The position numbers and the translations under genes were made by a program. Positions 44,630 through 53,768 of a stretch of DNA of 64,000 bases are shown here, in pieces. The stretch covers positions 651,234-715,233 of the forward strand of contig JBEKNE010000001.1 in the NCBI GenBank assembly GCA_049523135.1, read 5' to 3'. This DNA comes from Candidatus Microgenomates bacterium. Lineage in GTDB: Bacteria; Patescibacteriota; Microgenomatia; UBA8517. The notes under the pieces were generated by a model. It did not search any database, was not told the origin of the DNA, and saw only the letters and a program-made list of their open reading frames with translations. How positions within the stretch are numbered: the stretch's first letter is position 1; every line of letters begins with the position of its first letter.

Positions 44630-45283
44630 ATGACTAATTCAAAAATTGGAATGCTTTTGGTTATAACCGGCGCTTCCGGAACCGGAAAAGATTCTGTTGC
44701 AAATGAGATCCTGAAACATCCTGCTCTTGCAGAATTAAATTTAAAAAGGTTGATTACCTGTGCCGACAGGCCACCTCGCCCGGGAGAAACCGAAGGAGTC
44801 GATTATTATTTTGTGACACCAAAGGAGCTTGATGAAATGTATAAAAAGGAACAGCTAGTGGAAAAACCCCAAACCACAGGAACATCAAGAAAAGGAACTC
44901 CAAGAAAAGAATTTACCGCAATTTTGAAAGGAGAAAAAAGACTTTGGAGAATTGATCCATTCCTGGCATCAAAGGTCGCCACTGGGATTTTTTTTGAAGA
45001 GCAATTTGAAGGTAGAGAGAAAGAAGATCTCAAATCACTAACTACAGTTGTATGTGTTGCCTCCCCCAAAGAACAAATCGAGGGTAGACGGAAATTGCGC
45101 GACAGGGAAAAATATAACACAAAAGAATACAAATTAAGGGATCTTCAGGAAAAACCAAATCTGGATGTTTTACAAAAAGAGAGTTTACTTGTGCAAAATC
45201 TCAATGGACAACTGGGGGAAACTGTAAAAGAGGTTGCAAACATAATACTTAAAAATTATGCCAAAGGTAAAGAAAGAGGCTAA
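44630..45283 (+). CDS. gmk: Guanylate kinase-like protein (divergent)
   Basis: ITGASGTGKDS, RPPRPGETEGVDYYFV. Confidence 0.75.
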   Translation: MTNSKIGMLLVITGASGTGKDSVANEILKHPALAELNLKRLITCADRPPRPGETEGVDYYFVTPKELDEMYKKEQLVEKPQTTGTSRKGTPRKEFTAILKGEKRLWRIDPFLASKVATGIFFEEQFEGREKEDLKSLTTVVCVASPKEQIEGRRKLRDREKYNTKEYKLRDLQEKPNLDVLQKESLLVQNLNGQLGETVKEVANIILKNYAKGKERG

Positions 45284-45692
45284 AGTTTTGGTCGGTGGAT
45301 GTTTTGATATCCTCCACTTCGGCCATATCAGTTTTTTAAAAAAGGCCAAGTCTTTAGGAAACTATCTGGTGGTTGCTTTGGAATCAGACAAAAATGTTAA
45401 AAGGCTCAAAGGAACCGATCGTCCGATTCATTCCCAATCCCAAAGACATGAGATACTTATATCTCTAGAATTTGTAGATGAAGTAATAAATCTGCCTGAC
45501 AATATGAGTGATACAGATTATTTGGAGCTGGTTAAAAACATCAGACCGGCTATTATCGCGGTAACTCAAGGAGATCCAATTCTTGCCAAGAAACAAAAAC
45601 AGGCAAAAGCGGTCAGAGCCAAAGTTGTCGAAATTGCAAATATAAAAGTTCCTTCAACCTCCAAAATTGCAAAACTCCTAAAGCTGGAATAA
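45258..45692 (+). CDS. Cytidylyltransferase-family protein (FAD synthase RibL/TagD-like)
   Basis: GGCFDILHFGH, LVVALESD, STSKI. Confidence 0.85.
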   Translation: MPKVKKEAKVLVGGCFDILHFGHISFLKKAKSLGNYLVVALESDKNVKRLKGTDRPIHSQSQRHEILISLEFVDEVINLPDNMSDTDYLELVKNIRPAIIAVTQGDPILAKKQKQAKAVRAKVVEIANIKVPSTSKIAKLLKLE

Positions 45693-45757
45693 ACAAATAA
45701 TTAAGAAGCTTCCCGCTTGCGGTTTTTCCGAATCTGATATAATCTTGATTATTCAAT

Positions 45758-46768
45758 ATGGCGGATCAAAAGACAGCTTTAATCTACGGAGTTTCCTCGC
45801 AGGACGGTTCCTACATGGCCGATCTTCTTCTCGAAAAAGGCTATAAAGTTGTAGGAACAATCAGAAGAAGCACCACCAACCGAAAGGAAAATATAGATCA
45901 TCTTCTTGGAAAAATTAAAATTGAACTGGCCGACCTAACCGACTACGAATCTATTAGCCGTGCCATAAGAACCCATAAACCCGATGAAATTTATAACTTT
46001 GCCGCTCAGTCGGTTCCGGCTGACAGCTGGGCACAACCCTTTTATACGGGAGAAGTAACAGGAATGGGAGTTGTCAGAATTCTGGAGTCAATTAAAAATA
46101 TCTCCCCTTCCTCTAAATTTTATCAGGCTTCAAGCCGGGAAATTTTCGGAAACATCGCAAAAATAAAGGCGAATGAAAATACTCCAATTGACCCAAATAA
46201 TCCTTACGGAATCGCAAAGGCTTATGCACACTTGATGGTTAGGTGTTACCGCGAGTCTTACGGAATGTTTGCCGTTGGCGGAATTCTTTTCAATCACGAA
46301 AGTCCGAGGAGAGGCCTCCATTTTGTCTCAAGAAAAGTTACCGCAGCTGTTGCTTGCATCAAAAACCATGCCAAAAATATTCCGCTTGATGAACTGGGGG
46401 AACCTCTGGTTGACGCCGAGGGAAAAGTCCACATGGGAAACCTTGATGCCAAACGCGACTGGGGATATGCCAAAGAATATATGGAAGCAGTCTGGAAAAT
46501 ATTGCAACAGGACAAACCTGAAGATTATGTTATTGCAACCGATACTTCTTATTCAATTAAAGATCTTTGCAAAATTGCTTTCGAACACGTAGGTCTAAAT
46601 TGGGAAGACTATATAGTAAGCGATAAAAAGTTCTTCAGACCTACAGAGATTAAGGAATCAACGGGCGACTTCTCAAAAGCAAAAAGAAATCTTGGTTGGG
46701 AGCCAAAAACAGATTTTAAAACTTTGATCGAAATGATGGTTGACGCCGACTTGAAAAAATTTAAATAA
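45758..46768 (+). CDS. gmd: GDP-mannose 4,6-dehydratase
   Basis: QDGSY, PDEIYNFAAQS, YQASS, PYGIAK, ILFNHESPRRG, GNLDAKRDWG. Confidence 0.95.
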   Translation: MADQKTALIYGVSSQDGSYMADLLLEKGYKVVGTIRRSTTNRKENIDHLLGKIKIELADLTDYESISRAIRTHKPDEIYNFAAQSVPADSWAQPFYTGEVTGMGVVRILESIKNISPSSKFYQASSREIFGNIAKIKANENTPIDPNNPYGIAKAYAHLMVRCYRESYGMFAVGGILFNHESPRRGLHFVSRKVTAAVACIKNHAKNIPLDELGEPLVDAEGKVHMGNLDAKRDWGYAKEYMEAVWKILQQDKPEDYVIATDTSYSIKDLCKIAFEHVGLNWEDYIVSDKKFFRPTEIKESTGDFSKAKRNLGWEPKTDFKTLIEMMVDADLKKFK

Positions 46769-46778
46769 TCCCCAGTCA

Positions 46779-47726
46779 ATGCAAAAAGTCTTAATTACAG
46801 GGGTAGCAGGCTTCGTAGGACACTACCTTACAGAAAGTTTACTTGAGGATTATCGAGTAACAGGAACCGATAAAGCTCCCCTTTCTCCTAATTCCAAAAT
46901 AGATTACTTTCCGGGTGATATTCTGGACAGAAAATTTTTAGGTGATTTAATCTCCAAGCAAAAGCCCGAAGTAATTTTTCACCTCGCCGCCAAAAGCCAA
47001 ACATGGAGTCGGAATGTTGAAGAAGTCTTCAAGATAAACATGCTTGGAACGATTAATCTTTACGAAAGCATCCTCGAAGCAAGGGAAAATTCCGATTATA
47101 ACCCCAAAATAATTTTTATAAGTTCATCGGAAGTCTACGGAAACACAACCGACCCTAAAAACATTACCGAGGATTCCCCTCTTTTCCCGATCAAATTTTA
47201 TTCGGCAAGCAAAGTTGCCGCAGACAGACTCAGTTACAGCTACAGCCAAAATGAAAAATTAAATATTCTCATTCTAAGACCTTTTACTCACACGGGTCCG
47301 GGGCAGCAAAAGGGATTTTTTGTTCCCGACATTTGTTCCCAAATAGCAGAAGTCGAAAAAGGTGATAAAAACGAATTGCTTGTAGGAAATCTCGATTCCG
47401 TACGGGATTATCTTGATGTGCGGGATGTGGTAGCCGGATATAAAACAATAATAAATAAAGATTGGGTTCCCGGGGAAAGCTTTAATATCTGCTCAGGACA
47501 CGGCATAAAAATCCGGGCAATGCTTGAAATTCTGCTTAAGCTTTCAGATAAAAAATTTGTGACAAAAGAGGATCCGTCAAAAATCAGAGAATCGGATGCC
47601 CCGGTCTACATCGGAAACAATAGAAAATTCCGTGAAGCAACCGACTGGAAACCTCAAATTTCGATTGAAAAAACCCTCAAAGACACGCTTAACTACTGGA
47701 GAAATTTACCCCCTAGTAAAAAATAA
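46779..47726 (+). CDS. GDP-4-keto-6-deoxy-D-mannose reductase-like (Rmd) SDR
   Basis: ITGVAGFVG, SSEVYG, YSASK, RPFTHTGPGQ, GNLDSVRDYLDVRDVV; directly downstream of gmd. Confidence 0.8.
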   Translation: MQKVLITGVAGFVGHYLTESLLEDYRVTGTDKAPLSPNSKIDYFPGDILDRKFLGDLISKQKPEVIFHLAAKSQTWSRNVEEVFKINMLGTINLYESILEARENSDYNPKIIFISSSEVYGNTTDPKNITEDSPLFPIKFYSASKVAADRLSYSYSQNEKLNILILRPFTHTGPGQQKGFFVPDICSQIAEVEKGDKNELLVGNLDSVRDYLDVRDVVAGYKTIINKDWVPGESFNICSGHGIKIRAMLEILLKLSDKKFVTKEDPSKIRESDAPVYIGNNRKFREATDWKPQISIEKTLKDTLNYWRNLPPSKK

Positions 47727-47802
47727 CAATTCAATTATTGGAACTAATCTGTTAAAATAGCGTTGCTGAAGAAAAAACTGAAAGGAGGCGATTTTATATA
47801 AT

Positions 47803-47997
47803 ATGTTCATATTAAAAAAGAAAAAGGGTGAAAGCGATGATAAGCTTATTGCCCGTTTTCGCAAAAAAACCATTGTTGAAGGTGTTATGCAGGAATACCG
47901 CGACCGCGAACGCTATAAAAAGCCTTCCGAAAAAAGGAAAGAGGATAAATACCGCATCGCCCACTCTATCGAGCTTGAGAAGAAGAGGAATTATTAA
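47803..47997 (+). CDS. rpsU: 30S ribosomal protein S21
   Basis: KKGESDDKLIARFRKK...RERYKKPSEKRK; AGGAGG upstream. Confidence 0.92.
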   Translation: MFILKKKKGESDDKLIARFRKKTIVEGVMQEYRDRERYKKPSEKRKEDKYRIAHSIELEKKRNY

Positions 47998-48646
47998 TCC
48001 AAGTTTCGACAAATTGCTTCCTGTGCTGCCGGGTTGAACCATATTTTTTGATTGCTTCCTGATGTTGTTTCGTGCCGTAACCCTTGTTTTTCGCCCACTT
48101 GTACTTTCTGTATTTCGGGTTTTTATTTAGGTTGGTCATTAGGCTGTCTCTATAAACTTTGGCAATAATTGAGGCTGCTGCAATTGAGATAGATTTCGTG
48201 TCTCCTTTAATAATCGGCTTCTGATTTTTCCGTCTCAAACCTTTAACGTAAGGAATATAAAAAGCATCTATAAGTAAATAGTCAATTCTTTCATTGCAGT
48301 TTTTAATAGCTTTACGAAAAGCTATCTCAGTAGCCTTTTTAATTCCAAATTTATTAATTTCCCCAACACCCGCTTTCCCAATTCCATAGCAGTAAGCATT
48401 TCTTTTTATCCAAAATGAAGCTAATTCCCTTTGTCTGGGAGTTAATTGTTTTGAATCATTAATAATTATTTTATTTTGTAATTTATTGAAAATTGTAAAT
48501 TGATAATTGTTAATCGGAACGAAGGCAACAGCCGCAGCGACCACCGGTCCTGCAAAACATCCTCTTCCAACTTCATCAACTCCGGCAATAAATTTGTAAC
48601 CTTGTTTTTGAAGTTTTTTCTCAAAAGAAAAATCAGGAAGAGTCAT
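47966..48646 (-). CDS. rnhB: Ribonuclease HII
   Basis: GVDEVGRG, DSKQL, IAAASIIAKVYRD, NKGYGT. Confidence 0.96.
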   Translation of the reverse strand: MTLPDFSFEKKLQKQGYKFIAGVDEVGRGCFAGPVVAAAVAFVPINNYQFTIFNKLQNKIIINDSKQLTPRQRELASFWIKRNAYCYGIGKAGVGEINKFGIKKATEIAFRKAIKNCNERIDYLLIDAFYIPYVKGLRRKNQKPIIKGDTKSISIAAASIIAKVYRDSLMTNLNKNPKYRKYKWAKNKGYGTKQHQEAIKKYGSTRQHRKQFVETWINNSSSSQAR

Positions 48647-49116
48647 TTGTGTTCGGGGCTGGGCCAGTGATACAGTATAGCGTCTCGCAAATCTTTATTC
48701 TTTTTTTCAATCTCCGCCTTGGATGAACTTGCAAGATTAAGTGCTTTTTTCACTGCCGCATTCCTTGATAACAAATCATTTGCTATCTTGTCAGCACTAA
48801 CACCTTGTGCCATAAGAGCCGGCATAAGTCTATCTGCCACCTCAGAAGGCTGTTCTGAAGGATATCTTGATCTGACATCTTTCAAAAGTTCTATTTCCTT
48901 AGCCTGACCTTCAGTTCCTTCAAATTCATCAGGAAAAGCCCTGGTAACAACAGAAACCAAGTCATCAAGAATCTCGGCGGGGACAAGGGTATCCTTTACT
49001 GGATTCCGAAATCGAGCGTCGGGTAAATTACCACCCTGGGAATATATTAAAATTTCCCCCTTTCTATTGGTTGTAACAATTGGTTTTCCAAAGGGTGGTC
49101 TTTCTTTGCTCTCCAT
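48643..49116 (-). CDS. Hypothetical protein
   Basis: 157-aa ORF coupled to rnhB; TGATATAAT ends 6 nt before the ATG. Confidence 0.75.
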   Translation of the reverse strand: MESKERPPFGKPIVTTNRKGEILIYSQGGNLPDARFRNPVKDTLVPAEILDDLVSVVTRAFPDEFEGTEGQAKEIELLKDVRSRYPSEQPSEVADRLMPALMAQGVSADKIANDLLSRNAAVKKALNLASSSKAEIEKKNKDLRDAILYHWPSPEHK

Positions 49117-49188
49117 AAGACGATTATATCAAACCATGGCAATTCCACTTCCATTTGGCTAAATAATCTGTTACAATTTACGCCTAGT

Positions 49189-49374
49189 ATGAAACCTGTC
49201 GTTACTTTCTTTTCGGAAGTAAGGAGTGAACTTTCCAAGGTTACCTGGCCAAAAAGAGATGAGGTTGTCAGGCTCACTCTTATAGTCTTTGTTGTTTCAG
49301 GAGTTGTAGGCTTATACGTAGGGGGGCTCGATTACCTGTTTACCAAGATATTAACGACAATTTTAACCAAATAG
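49189..49374 (+). CDS. secE: Preprotein translocase subunit SecE
   Basis: EVRSELSKVTWP plus a single TM. Confidence 0.96.
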   Translation: MKPVVTFFSEVRSELSKVTWPKRDEVVRLTLIVFVVSGVVGLYVGGLDYLFTKILTTILTK

Positions 49375-49377
49375 AAT

Positions 49378-49989
49378 ATGGATGAAGATACAAACCAAGT
49401 CGCAGAGCGCGGCATTGGACACAAAAAAATACAAGGGCATATTGTCCTTTCCCAAACTGAAGATCCCAAGGCAAAATGGTATGTTGTTCATACCTCCTCA
49501 GGACATGAGGCCCGTGTCATGGACACCTTAAAACAAAGAGTCGAAACCATGAACCTCGAGGGCAGAGTTTTCGAAATGCTCGTCCCTACTCAGGACAGGG
49601 TTATCATAAGAAGCGGAAAAAAGGCCACAATTAAGGAAAAAATCTTCCCGGGGTATCTTCTTGTCAAAATGATTTTGGATGATCCGACTTGGTTGGCAGT
49701 TAGGACTACCGCCGGAATTACAGGCTTTGTTGGCGCCGGCAATAACCCGACACCTCTTTCCGAAACGGAAGTATCAAACATTCAAAAGTTTATCGCCTCA
49801 CCAGCTCCGAGATTTAAGACAAAGTTTTCTGTCGGCGAAGCAGTGAAAATTACCGATGGGCCTTTTAGCGATTTTCTTGGAACAATCCATGAAATGGATG
49901 AGGAAAAAGGCAAAGTTAAAGTTCTTGTTTCAATCTTCGGCCGCGAAACTCCGGTTGAACTCGATTTCCTCCAAATACAGAAAGTCTGA
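49378..49989 (+). CDS. nusG: Transcription termination/antitermination factor NusG
   Basis: WYVVHT, KIFPGY, KOW GPFSDFLG, IFGRETPVEL. Confidence 0.97.
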   Translation: MDEDTNQVAERGIGHKKIQGHIVLSQTEDPKAKWYVVHTSSGHEARVMDTLKQRVETMNLEGRVFEMLVPTQDRVIIRSGKKATIKEKIFPGYLLVKMILDDPTWLAVRTTAGITGFVGAGNNPTPLSETEVSNIQKFIASPAPRFKTKFSVGEAVKITDGPFSDFLGTIHEMDEEKGKVKVLVSIFGRETPVELDFLQIQKV

Positions 49990-50001
49990 GCCAAAAAAAA
50001 C

Positions 50002-50056
50002 AGCGGAGACTTATCCAATCCTTGCCAAAGGCAAAAATCAGTGCTCCGCATTTTGC
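50002..50056. terminator. Hairpin downstream of nusG
   Basis: GCGGAG...CTCCGC with inner TTGCC/GGCAA, flanked by A- and T-tracts, between convergent genes. Confidence 0.45.
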
Positions 50057-50062
50057 GAAAAA

Positions 50063-50269
50063 TTAATCAGGATTAAATTTTTCCTGACTTTCCTCACAAA
50101 CACCCCTGCGATCACTCCGAAAATGATGTACTCCTTCAAATATTGAAATAACAAAACAAAAACAGGCTGCTATTGAAAGAGTGTTATTTCCGGTAATTCC
50201 ACCAACTAAAGCCAAAATCAAAAAGGCCGGAAACCAAATACAATCGAGAAACTCAGTAAATTTTTTCAT
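50063..50269 (-). CDS. Small 2-TM hypothetical protein
   Basis: AAAGGAG SD; two hydrophobic segments. Confidence 0.6.
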   Translation of the reverse strand: MKKFTEFLDCIWFPAFLILALVGGITGNNTLSIAACFCFVISIFEGVHHFRSDRRGVCEESQEKFNPD

Positions 50270-50293
50270 TATATTTTCTTCTCCTTTGAATCT

Positions 50294-50713
50294 TTATTGA
50301 TTCATCCCGTTGTCTTGCCCGACTTTCATAAAATAATACATCAAGCTATTGATGCTAGAGGGTTGATCTTTTCCCCAGGCGAACAAAATTTGTTCGCTCA
50401 ACCGCTTCAAGTAGTCTTGTGTATCCGGCCAGCCATAACTTTGGTAATTAGACTTTACCAGATCAATACAATAGTCGGAGTTTTTATCCAAATTTACATC
50501 TGTCTTCCCAAACGCAATTTCAATTCCGTCATTACAAACTTGCGTAATCGCTTCTTGAACATTGGGCGGAATCTCAACAGAATTTGTGGGAAGAATGGTT
50601 GGTGTCGGTTTTTGAGTTATTGCCTGATTAACTATAATGAATCCTTTCACAACTATAAAAACAAACAACAAGACAAAAAGGGCTCCTCCTAAAATATAAC
50701 CGATGCTTCTCAT
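50294..50713 (-). CDS. Membrane-anchored hypothetical protein
   Basis: GAGG SD, N-terminal TM, PTPT linker, two Cys. Confidence 0.75.
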   Translation of the reverse strand: MRSIGYILGGALFVLLFVFIVVKGFIIVNQAITQKPTPTILPTNSVEIPPNVQEAITQVCNDGIEIAFGKTDVNLDKNSDYCIDLVKSNYQSYGWPDTQDYLKRLSEQILFAWGKDQPSSINSLMYYFMKVGQDNGMNQ

Positions 50714-50814
50714 GTTTTCCTCTCTTTTTGAAAAGGTTTTTTTAGTTGTTAGAGTGCTAGAAAACTAGGTTCAAAGCAAAATATGAACCTAGACTATTTC
50801 CAACTGAAGCTAAC

Positions 50815-50843
50815 GTTATAGGTCAAAATTACTCATTTGTCAA
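50815..50843 (-). promoter_or_regulatory. Sigma-70 promoter for the 50713 operon
   Basis: TTGACA-17 bp-TATAAC on the minus strand. Confidence 0.7.
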
Positions 50844-50857
50844 GTCCGGTAAGGCTC

Positions 50858-50887
50858 TTGCCAAATTCACCCATACCCTGCTATAAT
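50858..50887 (+). promoter_or_regulatory. rplK promoter
   Basis: TTGCCA-18 bp-TATAAT with extended TG. Confidence 0.65.
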
Positions 50888-50910
50888 ACCTCTTACCTAG
50901 CCAAAATAGC

Positions 50911-50952
50911 CAGGGAGACGCAAGTCGAAACTTCTTAAATCAGTTTCCCCTT
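50911..50952 (+). promoter_or_regulatory. Possible L1-binding leader of rplKA
   Basis: GGGAG-GAC-GCAA-GTC hairpin and GAAAC/GTTTC stem in the rplK 5' UTR. Confidence 0.4.
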
Positions 50953-50974
50953 GTGTTCCAAAATCTAAAATAGA

Positions 50975-51397
50975 ATGGCAAAAAAAGTTAAAGTAGTAGT
51001 CAAAATAAATTTACAGGCAGGGGTCGCAACACCCGCTCCTCCGGTTGGAACCGCTTTGGGTCAGCATGGTGTTGCCATTATGGATTTCGTCAAACAATAT
51101 AACGACAGAACTAAAGATATGAAAGGCCAAGTCGTTCCGGCAGTCATTACTATTTACGAAGACAGAAGTTTTGTCTTTGTAATCAAAAAAGCCCCCGTTG
51201 CCGATATGATTAAAAAGACTTTGGGAATTGAAAAAGGCAGTGGACACATGCCCAAGGAAACCGCAGGAACCTTGACCCGCAGCCAAGTAAGAAAAATTGC
51301 CGAGGAAAAAATGGCCGATCTGAATACTACAAACATCGAAGCCGCAATGAAAATTGTTGAAGGAACAGCCCGCTCAATGGGAGTCAAAGTGGAATAA
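50975..51397 (+). CDS. rplK: 50S ribosomal protein L11
   Basis: [25 protein letters not shown]. Confidence 0.98.
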   Translation: MAKKVKVVVKINLQAGVATPAPPVGTALGQHGVAIMDFVKQYNDRTKDMKGQVVPAVITIYEDRSFVFVIKKAPVADMIKKTLGIEKGSGHMPKETAGTLTRSQVRKIAEEKMADLNTTNIEAAMKIVEGTARSMGVKVE

Positions 51398-51406
51398 ATT
51401 TAAATT

Positions 51407-52198
51407 ATGGGAAAAATGAAAACCACCGAGGTCGGTGAAAATAAAAACAAAGAAAAACAGGAAAAAGCTCGCAAAGGTGAAACTGAAAAGATTCATTTGA
51501 GTGGACTTAAAGGCGGACAAAGAGTAAAAGTCATCGAAGCGGAAATGCCTGACGAAGAGATAAAAACCGAAGGAACTGAAGTTAAAAAATCAGGCGGGAG
51601 AAAGATTATTGAGCGCGTCAGGGGCAAAAAATATAAGGAGGCAAAAGCCAAATTTGACCACGAAAAGCATTACAAAGTTGCCGAGGCCGTCAAACTTGTC
51701 AAAGAATCTTCATATTCAAAATTCAACGGGACAATGGAACTGCATTTAGTTGTCAAGAAGACAGGGACAAGCGCCCAGGTAACTCTTCCCCATCAAGCCG
51801 GACGTGAGAAAAAAGTTGAAATAGCAAGCGACGACACTATTGAAAAATTAAAGACAGGTAAAATTGATTTTGATGTGCTGGTAGCTACCCCCGCCACGAT
51901 GCCGAAACTTGTTCCTTTCGCAAGAATTTTGGGACCAAAGGGTTTAATGCCAAATCCCAAAAACGGAACTTTAGTTAATGATCCCAAAAAAGTAGCTTCT
52001 TTCTCAACCGCTACGATAACACTTAAGACCGAAAAAGAAGCTCCTCTTATTCATATGGTTGTAGGCAAAGTCAGCCAGAAAGAAACCGAGATTGCCGAAA
52101 ATATTGAGGCTGTTCTCAAAGCCTTTGGAGGCAGTAAACAAGTTGTAAAAGCCTTTGTCAAAGCCACCATGAGCCCTGCTGTTAAAATCAACATCTAA
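51407..52198 (+). CDS. rplA: 50S ribosomal protein L1 (divergent)
   Basis: FDVLVATP, ILGPKGLMPNPKNGT, ATMSP. Confidence 0.93.
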   Translation: MGKMKTTEVGENKNKEKQEKARKGETEKIHLSGLKGGQRVKVIEAEMPDEEIKTEGTEVKKSGGRKIIERVRGKKYKEAKAKFDHEKHYKVAEAVKLVKESSYSKFNGTMELHLVVKKTGTSAQVTLPHQAGREKKVEIASDDTIEKLKTGKIDFDVLVATPATMPKLVPFARILGPKGLMPNPKNGTLVNDPKKVASFSTATITLKTEKEAPLIHMVVGKVSQKETEIAENIEAVLKAFGGSKQVVKAFVKATMSPAVKINI

Positions 52199-52236
52199 TT
52201 TGCAAATAAGCATAAATTGTTGTTAAATAAAACCCA

Positions 52237-52524
52237 ATGACATTAGAAAACATCCAAAAACGAAATTTCCAGTTAAGTATTCTTGAAGCCAAAGAAAAAC
52301 TCGGCGAACTGACTGAAGAACAAAAAGCTCAACTGGAATCTTTACGCGAATCGGAACAACTAAGACATGCGGGCGTATCAGCCGGGGCTTTGATAGAGCC
52401 GACTGTTTACGGCGAAGGAATATCAGGGACTCCTGAATCAGACAGACTGCAAAATTTAAAACTTGAACATAAAAGAGCTACAAGGCAAGATAAACGTAGT
52501 AGCCGCGGGGGCTCTACTGGTTGA
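52237..52524 (+). CDS. Hypothetical protein
   Basis: 95-aa ORF between rplA and the L10 leader. Confidence 0.55.
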   Translation: MTLENIQKRNFQLSILEAKEKLGELTEEQKAQLESLRESEQLRHAGVSAGALIEPTVYGEGISGTPESDRLQNLKLEHKRATRQDKRSSRGGSTG

Positions 52525-52554
52525 CTTAGCCTGCCAATTATTAGATAATACCCA

Positions 52555-52647
52555 TGTCCTAAGAAAGCTCGCATTCCGAGAGGATACAAGTCAAGCCGAG
52601 GCAAAAAGCGATAATTTTATGCGCGCCTCAAGGGCGCGTTTTTTTTA
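52555..52647 (+). promoter_or_regulatory. L10 ribosomal protein leader with attenuator-like hairpin
   Basis: CCTAAGA(A)AGC...GCCGAGG kink-turn-like motif, then GCGCGCC-TCAA-GGGCGCGT-T7 before rplJ. Confidence 0.65.
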
Positions 52648-52654
52648 GAAAAAT

Positions 52655-53206
52655 ATGTTAAAAGCACAAAAAGTTACATTCGTAGACAATTTGAAAGAAG
52701 ATCTTAAAGGAGCAAAATCTGTAGTTTTGGTTAACTATGCCGGATTGGGAGTTAAAGCCCAACAGGAACTTAAAAAGAGGCTTTCGGAAGTTGACGGACA
52801 CATGATTGTAGTTAAAAATACTCTTCTAAAACGCGCCGGCGAAGCGGTCGGAATCGACAAGGAAGTTTTAACCGATGATATTCTTTCCGGCCAAACTGCA
52901 CTCGTTATCGGGAGTGAGGATCCAATTGCCCCGATTCAAGTCTTGGGAAAGTTTGCCAAAGAATTTGTCAGTGAAGTGGGTTTGCCCATACCGAAATTTA
53001 AAGTCGGAGTTGTCGATGGATCTTTCCAGGATGAAGTTTCCCTTGCCAAACTTGCCACTCTTCCGGGACGTGATGCACTGCTTTCGCAAGTCCTTGGAAC
53101 CTTGATGGGTTTGGAATACGGCTTAGTTGGAACACTTAATGGAAATTTACAAAAGCTTATCTACATATTAGATCAAGCCAGTAAAAAGAGCGGAGGTGAA
53201 AAATAA
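52655..53206 (+). CDS. rplJ: 50S ribosomal protein L10
   Basis: YAGLGV, VVKNTLLKRA, LATLPGRDALL. Confidence 0.95.
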   Translation: MLKAQKVTFVDNLKEDLKGAKSVVLVNYAGLGVKAQQELKKRLSEVDGHMIVVKNTLLKRAGEAVGIDKEVLTDDILSGQTALVIGSEDPIAPIQVLGKFAKEFVSEVGLPIPKFKVGVVDGSFQDEVSLAKLATLPGRDALLSQVLGTLMGLEYGLVGTLNGNLQKLIYILDQASKKSGGEK

Positions 53207-53613
53207 TGACAGAAGAAGTAAAAAAGGCATCAGAAAAAATTGAAAAAATGGTTGAGGAAGTTTCAAAACTTTCCGTCTTGGAACTTTCGGAGTTGGTCAA
53301 TGCTCTTCAGGACAAACTCGGTGTTAGTGCCGCCATGCCGGTAGCTGCAGCCGCAGCCCCAGCAGCCGCGGGCGAAGCCCCGGCAGCCGATACGGCAAGT
53401 GCTACCCAAACAGTAACAATGACAGCATCCGGAGCCAATAAAATTGCAGTTATTAAAGCTTTGAGGGAAATTAATCCCAACTTAACTTTAATGGATGCAA
53501 AAGGCATGACCGAAACTCTCCCGGCTGAAGTTTTGAAAGACGCTAAAACAGAAGACGCAAAGAGCGCTTCCGAGAAACTTAAGACAGCAGGAGCAACCGT
53601 AGAGCTCAAGTAA
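53206..53613 (+). CDS. rplL: 50S ribosomal protein L7/L12
   Basis: LSVLELSELV...LGVSAA, Ala/Pro hinge, KIAVIKALRE, AGATVELK. Confidence 0.96.
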   Translation: MTEEVKKASEKIEKMVEEVSKLSVLELSELVNALQDKLGVSAAMPVAAAAAPAAAGEAPAADTASATQTVTMTASGANKIAVIKALREINPNLTLMDAKGMTETLPAEVLKDAKTEDAKSASEKLKTAGATVELK

Positions 53614-53642
53614 TTACTAAAAAGTTATTTGAGTCTACATCA

Positions 53643-53672
53643 AAAGATCCGTCTTAAAACGACGGATTTTTT
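53643..53672 (+). terminator. Rho-independent terminator after rplL
   Basis: ATCCGTC-TTAAAAC-GACGGAT followed by a T-tract. Confidence 0.85.
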
Positions 53673-53768
53673 GTGTTTGAGTTACGGTAATTAAAGAAAA
53701 ATGATGATATATTCGTATTTTATTAGGGGTGTGAAAATGAACAAAATTCAGGCATCCTCAGGGTAAAT

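Noticed and set aside
40056-49188. Classical integrase-mediated island at tRNA-Trp
   Set aside because: No duplicate of the tRNA 3' end is visible near secE, no integrase is present, and the block contains core genes (rpsU, rnhB).
50002-50056. c-di-GMP-I riboswitch (GGCAAA) after nusG
   Set aside because: It lacks the GNRA/receptor two-stem architecture and lies between convergent 3' ends; a terminator fits better.
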